From an uncultured delta proteobacterium (GTDB lineage: Bacteria; Desulfobacterota; Binatia; UBA9968): DNA of 64,000 nucleotides. Under the pieces are notes generated by a model. The model saw nothing but the letters and a program-made list of their open reading frames with translations, did not search any database and was not told the origin of the DNA. Shown here in pieces: positions 41,662 to 49,712 of the stretch; within the stretch, counting starts at the first letter, position 1, and each line of letters begins with the position of its first letter. The translations under genes and the position numbers were made by a program. Location: positions 1 through 64,000 of the forward strand of contig CAWFJP010000029.1 of NCBI GenBank assembly GCA_963816145.1, in the 5' to 3' direction.

Positions 41662-41742
41662 GGGACAAAGAGAAGTGGTTTCGGAAAAACGAGTGTTCAA
41701 TATTCTGAATGGAATGAAACAAAGAAATAAGGATGGCCAGTA

Positions 41743-42375
41743 ATGATTAAGCGATCTATTTTCGCCGTGTTGGTGATTAGCGGGTTTTGGAGTTCCACTT
41801 ATACCGTGGCGCAAGATCAAGTTCCACCCCCTGTCTTTAAGGACGGCGATACCTGGCAAATCAACATTAGTAGAAAAGGTCAGATCGCAAGTTCGACCGA
41901 TGTGAACGAAGGCCTTTATGAAATTGTCTTCGCGCAAGGTAAAGTTCAGGTGTTTAGTGTAAGCGGCACCGAGAAAACTGTGGTAGATACGTCGCCGGAG
42001 AGCACGGGCGAAGGCTTGTTGGGTGCTATTGGAAAAAACGAACGCCGCCCCGATCTCAAATTTCCGTTGTCGATCGGCCAAAAATGGGACTATCAACTTG
42101 TTGTTCGGCCCGCTGGCTCTCGTCAAGATCAGCGGAGGTCCGCGGAGGTTACTGTCGTAGGGCAGGACCAGGTAACCACGCCCGCCGGAACTTTTAAGGC
42201 GTACAAACTTGTGCGCAGCGAAAGCTGGACGGTAGGCAGAGGGGGCATGAACAGCAGCACCTCCACTTATTTCTACAGCCCTGAGACCCGAAGTATCGTA
42301 AAAAGGACGACCGAAAACACGAACAACCCAGGAACCACAACTAATGAGTTAGTTAAGTTCACACCTGGCAAATAA
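41743..42375 (+). CDS. Exported hypothetical beta-rich protein
   Basis: Signal peptide; PVFKDGDTW, FPLSIGQKW, VTTPAGTFKAYKL, YFYSPE. Confidence 0.7.
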   Translation: MIKRSIFAVLVISGFWSSTYTVAQDQVPPPVFKDGDTWQINISRKGQIASSTDVNEGLYEIVFAQGKVQVFSVSGTEKTVVDTSPESTGEGLLGAIGKNERRPDLKFPLSIGQKWDYQLVVRPAGSRQDQRRSAEVTVVGQDQVTTPAGTFKAYKLVRSESWTVGRGGMNSSTSTYFYSPETRSIVKRTTENTNNPGTTTNELVKFTPGK

Positions 42376-42415
42376 AGCGTACCCAACAGTGAGCCACTGA
42401 GGCTGAGGAGGATAA

Positions 42416-43981
42416 ATGAAACTCGGCAATTCGCTCGTTGTGCACTCTGTCGCCGCAATCTTAATTGCACTGGCTATGTTGGTATCAGTACCTGCCAACG
42501 CCGCCCCCATCCAATTGGGCTCAAATTCCATCAACATGTTTCGGGATACGCGGGGAGCTAATGATCTTGGCTTCAATCAGGGAGATCGATTCAATTTCGG
42601 TGCAAACGTTCTCGGCGGATCGGCAGGTACGACATTAGGGGCCGTCTATCCCCCCACTGGCTTCACGGTTTCCCAGTTCGCATGTGATCCGTTGGCCGTG
42701 AATCCGAATTTTTGTTCTCGTTCAACAGTCTTTGATCCCAACCGACTAGCGCAACCATGGACACTGATTTTTCAGAACGGTCCCGACGAGCTGCGCGTTT
42801 CTGGACCCGCGTTACTAGGAGTAAATGGAAATAGCATCTTGCAGCCAGTTCCGTTTCCCGTAGATGTGACCATCTCAGGCGCTGGTATAACGCCAACGAT
42901 ATCATGGACTGTACCCAACACTTTCGTGCCCGACGGGTTTCGGGTAAATATTTATGACAAAAGGGACCATCTGGGGCCGGATGGAAATCCGGACCTTATC
43001 CACAGCAAAGAGCTACCGAACACCGCCACGTCGTACACACTTCCCGAAGTTTTTGAGGATAGTGGATTTTCACTCGTAGTAGGAGGACTCTACACCATCG
43101 GATTTCAGTTAGTCGAAACCCGCAACCATGTTCCGTTTGTCAGAAACGCCGATATACTCCGCCGATCAAATTCCTTTTTTGCGTTCAGTCCGCTTCCTGG
43201 TTCGGCGCCGCCGAATGTTGCCTTACCGACAGTCGTGAATGGCGTTTACAACTTCAGCGTCACCCAGGTTGGTCCGAATGCCACCACCTTTATCGATCCG
43301 CCGGTGGCGGTCGGTTACGATTACGCCATCGGCCCTGGCAATCCCAATTTTAAATCGGTGCTCTTGCCAGAAGCTGGCGACAACATTTTTGACATCCATC
43401 TCTGGAATGGCATTGCGTATGCGTACCATGCAACCGTTGGCTCTGGTTTTGAGTACGTATTTCCTCCGGGCGGGGTAGATCGCTTTCGTGTATTAGGAAT
43501 AGAGGCCTCGGCCGGTCTGAGCCCAAGTAATGTGACCGCATTCATTACTGGTTTGAAGTTTGCATCAACAGGGCAGTTCACCGGCACGATGACGCCGATC
43601 GTAGCCGAGGCATTCTGCTCGAGCCTGGGTGACGATCCGAAACCATCTCTTCTGGACCAGGATATTTACACGGTACAGGCCATCCAAGGAGAAGATCTAC
43701 GCGTACGCTTGGAAAATATAAAAAATGAGAACACCGATAAGCGCGCTTCGCTCATTCTCCTAGACAATATCAGCCGCGTTAACCTCCTCAAAGTAGATAA
43801 CGGTAGCCTCCCAAATCAAGTGAACGCGGTTCTGCCGGCCACGGGCGAATACCTTATTGTCGTGGGTGAACAGCCCCTGATCGCGCGCGGAAATAGGTTT
43901 AGAGGCGACTACTGCCTGTCGGTTCAGTCATCCGCCGGAGCATCACAAACGCTTCAACCGACAGGATGGGTCGAACAATAG
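42416..43981 (+). CDS. Exported hypothetical protein with C-terminal PPC-like domain
   Basis: GGAGG RBS, signal peptide ending ANA-API; FIDPPVAVGYDY...FTGTMTPI block; DQDIY...LPATGEYLIVV. Confidence 0.7.
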   Translation: MKLGNSLVVHSVAAILIALAMLVSVPANAAPIQLGSNSINMFRDTRGANDLGFNQGDRFNFGANVLGGSAGTTLGAVYPPTGFTVSQFACDPLAVNPNFCSRSTVFDPNRLAQPWTLIFQNGPDELRVSGPALLGVNGNSILQPVPFPVDVTISGAGITPTISWTVPNTFVPDGFRVNIYDKRDHLGPDGNPDLIHSKELPNTATSYTLPEVFEDSGFSLVVGGLYTIGFQLVETRNHVPFVRNADILRRSNSFFAFSPLPGSAPPNVALPTVVNGVYNFSVTQVGPNATTFIDPPVAVGYDYAIGPGNPNFKSVLLPEAGDNIFDIHLWNGIAYAYHATVGSGFEYVFPPGGVDRFRVLGIEASAGLSPSNVTAFITGLKFASTGQFTGTMTPIVAEAFCSSLGDDPKPSLLDQDIYTVQAIQGEDLRVRLENIKNENTDKRASLILLDNISRVNLLKVDNGSLPNQVNAVLPATGEYLIVVGEQPLIARGNRFRGDYCLSVQSSAGASQTLQPTGWVEQ

Positions 43982-44395
43982 TGGACTGCGCCCCATTGAC
44001 TGGAGAGAAAAGGTAAGAATTTGAGGGAAGGTGCGATCGGCTCAAGCGGCGGGTAGGATAACTCGCCACGAGGAGTCGATCGATGGGAAAGCAGAGACGG
44101 AAATTTGAAGCGGGGTTCAAACAGCTGATCATCAGCGAAATCGAATCGGGGTTGCTGTCGGTCACCGCGGCCAGCCGTAAGTACCAACTCTCCGGTAGCG
44201 TAATCGATCGTTGGCGACGACAGGCCCGGCAAAGTGCTCTTGAGGCAGCACCGTCGGTCGTGAAAAGGCTTTGGAACGTGAGAACCGCGAGCTCAAGGAG
44301 AAACTGGCTGAGCTGTATCTGGAAAACGCCCAGCTAAAAAAACCCGGGGACTGGCTACGCCAGCGCAGAAGCGTCATACCTCCGTGATCACCGCC
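43982..44395 (+). mobile_element. IS3-family remnant: left end and frameshifted OrfA, no OrfB
   Basis: tggactgcgccccattgactggagag end; MGKQRRKFEAGFK...RW//EKALERENRELKEKLAELYLENAQLKK; A7 slippery run near 44336. Confidence 0.75.
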
Positions 44396-44463
44396 GTGGG
44401 TTGTCCGAAGGTAACGTAAAGAATGTCACCATCGGGATCGTAGGTGATGCGGATTGCTTTCAT
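44374..44463 (-). pseudogene. DUF2283-like N-terminal fragment truncated at the IS3 remnant
   Basis: MKAIRITYDPDGDILYVTFGQP. Confidence 0.6.
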
Positions 44464-44483
44464 CGATTTTCAAGAGAGAGAAA

Positions 44484-44855
44484 TCATCGCCGCCAATGAT
44501 TGAGAATGTGGACTTGGTATTCGATCGGTACGGCGGCGGCAACGAGGCTATCGATGGCGGAGACAATTTGCGCTCGGCTCATGTTCTTGCTCGCTTCTTT
44601 TTGCTCGTAAATGAGCAAGATACCCGAGTGCATGAGATGCGCGGCTTGCCAGTCCGAATGTAGTTCGAGGAAATCAGCGGGGTCTTTGGTCAGCAATGTT
44701 TGACGATTGCGCGCAGCAAATTCGAGATGTTGACGGTCTGAAGCGCCGACTGTTCCGGCCAGACGGGGAGTGGTTACGTCGTGGCCGGAGCGGCGCAGGA
44801 GAGCGATTAGCGTGTCATCGTCGGCACAATCGTCGAGGTAAAGCGACAGCGGCAT
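44484..44855 (-). CDS. DUF5615 PIN-like (VapC45-like) toxin
   Basis: LYLDDC, LRRSGHDV, GASD..HLEFA, LLTKD..DF, HSGI. Confidence 0.8.
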   Translation of the reverse strand: MPLSLYLDDCADDDTLIALLRRSGHDVTTPRLAGTVGASDRQHLEFAARNRQTLLTKDPADFLELHSDWQAAHLMHSGILLIYEQKEASKNMSRAQIVSAIDSLVAAAVPIEYQVHILNHWRR

Positions 44856-44860
44856 GGGCT

Positions 44861-45136
44861 CTAGAGATGACCACTCGCATGCAGCCTCCGGCCCTCTTCG
44901 TCGGTTTCACTGTCCACCAGGGTTTTATTGCGCCGGTAATAATCAAGCGCCTCAAGCACGGCTTGCACCGGCAAAGCGAAATTCTTCGCTGTCTGCTCGG
45001 GCGTTTCCCCTTCGCGCAGCATGGTCGCGAGCAGATGCCAAACATGCATGTTGCGCCCGCGAATCCAGAGAATTTTCCGCCATGCATGGGGGCGCGCTTC
45101 GAGATGGCTATACACGGGCTCGGCTTGGGCTTTCAT
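44861..45136 (-). CDS. DUF433-like antitoxin
   Basis: IRGRNMHVWHL...GETPEQTAKNFALP..AVLEALDYY. Confidence 0.75.
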   Translation of the reverse strand: MKAQAEPVYSHLEARPHAWRKILWIRGRNMHVWHLLATMLREGETPEQTAKNFALPVQAVLEALDYYRRNKTLVDSETDEEGRRLHASGHL

Positions 45137-45293
45137 AGTGCGAAATTTACCATGCCCAGCTTGAGACAGACAAGGGGAGCGCATCGGGGCTCGGATGATC
45201 TCTCGTAGCGCCGCGTTCGAGCGCCGCGAACCGCTTGAACGAGTATGGGGTATGTGTTCAGCCCACTTTTGATCGTGATGATGGATCACTGAG

Positions 45294-45617
45294 ATGGCGG
45301 AACCCGATCAAAGGACCCATCGCGTCATGAGCTTAAGTAACCGTAATCGTCGGTTTCTCTATTGCCACGATTGCAACGCCGTTCATCGCGTTACGCCGTT
45401 CGACTCGGCGCCGGTTTATGAGACAGACGGCGCGGAGCTTCGTGAAATTCCCCGGGACGACCGGCGCGATTTCTGCGACCGCCACGTCGGCCATGGGATG
45501 GGAGAACTTATCGCCATTGACGATCGGCGCCGTGAGCCTGACGGATTCGTTGAACCGATGACGGTCAACAAAATTTTATCCCGCGAAGTTTCAGGACCAG
45601 CATCGCTGAGCCGTTGA
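45294..45617 (+). CDS. Hypothetical CxxC protein, possibly a fragment
   Basis: LYCHDCNAVH...FCDRHVGH; C-terminus looks degenerate. Confidence 0.4.
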   Translation: MAEPDQRTHRVMSLSNRNRRFLYCHDCNAVHRVTPFDSAPVYETDGAELREIPRDDRRDFCDRHVGHGMGELIAIDDRRREPDGFVEPMTVNKILSREVSGPASLSR

Positions 45618-45845
45618 CCTATGAGGTGCTTCCCCGCCAATTGACGCTGTGGGAATTTGGCGCAGAATTGATGACGAAAGGCGGAACGACGGCTAATCGA
45701 GGTTCACGGCCGCGGTATCACAGCCCAGTCGCAAGAAAAAAAGCCCAGTCCCGAAGCTTTGAAACAGTCGAAATGGCGTTGTGAACTGACTTCATCGGTA
45801 AATTGGCCCAACCCATCGCCTTGTCGGCTGGTTGAATCGCCCATG

Positions 45846-45986
45846 CTAGCGCCGCCCGCGACTCAGCATCGCGGTCGGTGTGATCCAGTCTTCGATCCTG
45901 AAGCCCGCGTTCACTCTAAAATCGATGTCGCCGATGCGCCGCAGGGAAAGTCGTTGCCTGTGATAATCTTTCTGCAGGTCGATAAA
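45846..45986 (-). pseudogene. Diverged duplicate of the 3' end of the DUF1329 gene
   Basis: FIDLQKDYH...RIGDIDFRVNAGFRIEDWITPTAMLSRGRR* aligns with 46872-47012. Confidence 0.85.
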
Positions 45987-46155
45987 GTCCACAGGTGACA
46001 GGACTCCTCACTCGGGCCATTGGCCGTACCCTCTCGGAAATTCTCCGATGCTGTAATTTCGCTTAGTCATTGAGTTTCTTTAAAATCAGGCGGCGATCTA
46101 GGTATGTTCACCCGCTCGCCAGGGACGATTCGACCGGTCATGATTACGCGCCGAA

Positions 46156-46184
46156 TTGACAGGTGTTACCGGCTGGGGTAACGT
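46156..46184 (+). promoter_or_regulatory. Sigma70-like promoter overlapped by an inverted-repeat operator
   Basis: TTGACA-N17-TAACGT; gttacc-N6-ggtaac. Confidence 0.6.
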
Positions 46185-46194
46185 TATTTTGTAG

Positions 46195-46389
46195 ATGGGC
46201 AAGGTGCGGCGAGGAGGTTTGGTTTTTGTTTGGTGGAAGGGAGATCACCCACCGAGGCATGTGCATGTCTACCGAGACGGCAAGCTGTTACTAAAGTGGG
46301 ATCTCGACAACAGAAAGGCAATGAAAGGCAGCGCGACGAGACGTATAGTCAATTTGATTGACGGTCTCGAATCGGATGGAATCCTATGA
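46195..46389 (+). CDS. DUF4160-like putative toxin
   Basis: WKGDHPPRHVHVY. Confidence 0.7.
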   Translation: MGKVRRGGLVFVWWKGDHPPRHVHVYRDGKLLLKWDLDNRKAMKGSATRRIVNLIDGLESDGIL

Positions 46390-46853
46390 AAATCTATTCG
46401 GTGAAATTCAATAATAAGCGGAAAATGTTCGAGGCCAAGACTTCGTCTGCGAATTTTGCATTTCCCTATGTTAAATCCGATCCGGCGCCGACATCGGATA
46501 ATCCGGTCGCGCGAGTATCCGTCGATAAAGAGATCGGCGCCGAAGGATTTACCTACGAACTTGCGTCAGGTGACACTGGATCAATCCATATCGAACAGAT
46601 TCTGGAATATAATAACGATCCGAATTATCTCAGGGACCAGCTACTGTACAAATTAACTCTGGAGGCGCAAAAGAGGGTTGCCGAAACGCGGCTGTCCAAA
46701 CGCGAAATTATTCGCCGGCTCGGCACCTCGGCGACGCAGTTTTATCGCCTATTGGATCAAACTAATTACAGCAAGTCCGTCGATCAGCTTGTGTCCTTGC
46801 TCCAGGTTTTGGATTGCCAGGTCGATTTACTGGTAAGCGCCAAGAGCGCGTGA
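46386..46853 (+). CDS. Putative antitoxin with C-terminal HTH
   Basis: 4-bp overlap with upstream gene; LSKREIIRRLGTSATQFYRLLD. Confidence 0.7.
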   Translation: MKIYSVKFNNKRKMFEAKTSSANFAFPYVKSDPAPTSDNPVARVSVDKEIGAEGFTYELASGDTGSIHIEQILEYNNDPNYLRDQLLYKLTLEAQKRVAETRLSKREIIRRLGTSATQFYRLLDQTNYSKSVDQLVSLLQVLDCQVDLLVSAKSA

Positions 46854-46871
46854 TCGCGTCCCTGTCATAAT

Positions 46872-48212
46872 CTAACGCCTCCCTCGACTTAACATCGCGG
46901 TCGGTGTGGTCCAGTCTTCGATCCTAAAGCCCGCGTTCACTCTAAAATCGATGTCGCCGATGCGCAGCTGAGGGAAATAGTTGCTGTGATAGTCTTTTTG
47001 CACGTCGATGAACATTACCCCTGAAAGTTCTCGGGCGGTCGAGCCCATGTTGTCTGGAATGCCGGTATCCGTGAGAATGAAGACCAAAAATTTATAAAGC
47101 CTGCCTGCTCTGTCCCAGATGTCGGCGGTTTGTGCGCGACGGTAGATCGCGTCGATGTACATTCGCTTTCGACTATACGGCGATTCGGCGGGCGGAATGC
47201 CATCGACGATGAGCATCTCCGGTCGGAGCTCCCAAGTCGAACGGGGGAATTTATCGTTCGACTCGACGAAACTAAACGGATCGCGGTTACCCGCTGGCGC
47301 GAAGTGACCCTTGTTGGACGGCGACGGCGCCAGCATGGGCTTGCGCCCGACCAGTGTCCACTTCCAGGTAAGCAGAGGGTCGTTGTGCAATCCCAAGTCG
47401 CTGACAAATAGTGCCGAGTAAGGGCTCGCCGGCTCGAATCTTTGGGTTGACGGCACTCGACGCGTGCGCCGCAGCGCAGGAATGTAAAGATCCGTATCTG
47501 GCAGCCTCGTGTTGTCGTAGTAAATCGTACTGAGCGAGGCGAGGCCATAAACATCGAACGGTTTCAGAAACGTCAAGACCGCGCGGTAATGTTCGTCTTT
47601 ATAACCCTGGATGACCGGTTTCGGTTCCTTGGCGATCCGTCCCACGGTTTGCACGGCGACGACAAACGCAGTGCCCTCTCGCACCACTTCGCCGTGGCTG
47701 TCGATATTTTTTTCGCTGGCAATTTCTCGCACGTCGTCATAGCGCGTGAGATTGGATTTATGATTCCACATCGCCTCAAGGCCGCTCGTCGGCTCAGGAA
47801 ACGGATCGCCGCCGATCCACGGCTGGCCGTCGTTGCTCCAGAGCTGACCCTTCTCATCCAATACCGCCTTGCCTTTGTTGCGCAGCGTCGCTTGTACCCA
47901 ATAGGGAGCGATGATGGCGTCTGCGGCGGTTGCGGCTTCGGCAATTTTGATCTGGGCGCCGCGCGTGAGTTCGAGGAGAAGCCCTGCCGGGCTAAAGTCT
48001 TTGACTAAGTCGGCGTTGTCCTTGGAAATGATCATTCCCGGTTTGACTCGGCCGCTGGTAAATTTTTCAATTGACAAAACTTCGTCGGGATAAGCGGCGG
48101 CGATGCTTTTGCCGGTGCCAACTAAACTCAATGCCGGTTGCAATAATCCCGCGCCGGCCCAGGCGCCGGTTTTTTTGAGAAATTGTCGTCGCGACCATGA
48201 CGGACCGTTCAT
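46872..48212 (-). CDS. DUF1329 domain protein with Tat-like signal
   Basis: SRRQFLK; G.PFPEP..GLEAMWN, YIPALRRTRRV, WELRP, PYSRKRMYID, IWDRAGRLYK. Confidence 0.85.
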   Translation of the reverse strand: MNGPSWSRRQFLKKTGAWAGAGLLQPALSLVGTGKSIAAAYPDEVLSIEKFTSGRVKPGMIISKDNADLVKDFSPAGLLLELTRGAQIKIAEAATAADAIIAPYWVQATLRNKGKAVLDEKGQLWSNDGQPWIGGDPFPEPTSGLEAMWNHKSNLTRYDDVREIASEKNIDSHGEVVREGTAFVVAVQTVGRIAKEPKPVIQGYKDEHYRAVLTFLKPFDVYGLASLSTIYYDNTRLPDTDLYIPALRRTRRVPSTQRFEPASPYSALFVSDLGLHNDPLLTWKWTLVGRKPMLAPSPSNKGHFAPAGNRDPFSFVESNDKFPRSTWELRPEMLIVDGIPPAESPYSRKRMYIDAIYRRAQTADIWDRAGRLYKFLVFILTDTGIPDNMGSTARELSGVMFIDVQKDYHSNYFPQLRIGDIDFRVNAGFRIEDWTTPTAMLSRGRR

Positions 48213-48233
48213 AGGCGTGTTCTTCCTTCCCAC

Positions 48234-49706
48234 TTAGAAGCCATAGGTAAAGCGGAAGAACGCGCCGTCGGCCCAATAGAAACTACCCAGGCGCCCGGCT
48301 CTTTTTTCGGCGCCGCCGAACTCGTTGTAAAAGAGATCCAAGCGGGTGTTGGTGCCGATCTCCCAATGGATGCCTGGCTGGAACCAGTGGCTGTCGTCGG
48401 TGTCGACTACGCCGAGAAGCTCCAACGTGACGCGTTTTTGAAAAAGCGGTTGCTGCAGAAAAAGCGAAAATTGATGCACGGCTTGGTCCACTTTTGCGCC
48501 ATTGGCTCTAACCTTGTTTAAGCCGTTACCGCCGGTGAAAGTTTCGAAGAACTGAAAACCGATACTCATCGAATCCAAATCGGGAAACACGTTTGTCGGT
48601 CGGTCCACAGCGAGGACAGTTTTCCATACAGGCCTTTCCACTATCTTGAGCGCCGCCGCTCCGTTCTGAAAAGGCGCATTGGGCGTGACCGTGGTCTCGG
48701 CACGTAAAACAGCACCGGCGCTTTGCCAGACGTAATTGGTCGAGCCGCCGACGATGTAGATCCGTGGATGTTTGCCATCCAAGCTGATTTGCGCGAACGG
48801 CGGCGCCGGCAGCGGCGAAAAACTTTTAAAGATGCCAGTCGCATCATCATTGGGCTTGGTGATGAAATTAAGCGAGAATTGCACGCCAGCCGCTGTGCCG
48901 GTCAAGCGGCCGCCGACCGTCGGTTCGCCTTGATGAACCTGATCGTTAAGCTTTGCGACGCTCGGCACGACGTTGTAGGGCGATCCTTGAGCGGGCAGGA
49001 TCGTCGGCACCACGGCGCCAGGATTGAGCAGGAATTCCGCCGTCAGGTCGGGAATCGTTGTGTTGGGAATGGTGTAGTCGGCGCGCAAGAACCATTGGGG
49101 TATGCGGATCGCGTCAAATTCTTCAGCGGCGCGATCAAATTGAAGTGATTGGCTTAGATCGAGTGGATTGACCGTATCTAAAACTCTCAGAGCCACCGCC
49201 TCGCCCCAGGCGATCGATTGTTTCCCCATACGAAGCCATAGGTTGCCTGATCGGTAGTCGACATAGGCTTGCCAGAGCTCGGCTCTGAAATCCTTCCCGC
49301 CAGATCGAAGCATCACCCCTTCGCCGCCGCTAAATTTTGCCGGCAACGATTGGTATTAAGGCAAGCGGGAATCGGCTGATTTAGTGATGTCGTGAAACAA
49401 GCGGGGCTGGAAAAAGGCGGTCCAGTTATCGTTGAATTTGCCGAAGACTCTCAGGTCGAGCAGTTGGCGCAATAACAAAAAATTCGGCACGCCGGGCGGA
49501 TCCAACAAACCGTAGTTATTAGGGTTGGTATGTCCAGTCGCCGGATTTGCTGTGAATTGATAGTAGCCGGTAATTTCGAACGGTCCAATCTGAGTTTGGG
49601 CTGCTGCACCACTGTGTAACCCCAGGGTGACAAATAGCGTTGCCAAATAGAGATAAAAACCGTGCCCACTTTGAACTTTTCGATGATGTCGTCTCCAGGT
49701 GACCAT
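48234..49706 (-). pseudogene. DUF1302-like outer-membrane beta-barrel with a premature in-frame TAA (49356-49358)
   Basis: The two ORFs are in the same frame; AYVDY...LRMGKQSIAWGE...LDTVNPLD; C-terminal RFTYGF. Confidence 0.75.
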
Positions 49707-49712
49707 AGCTTG

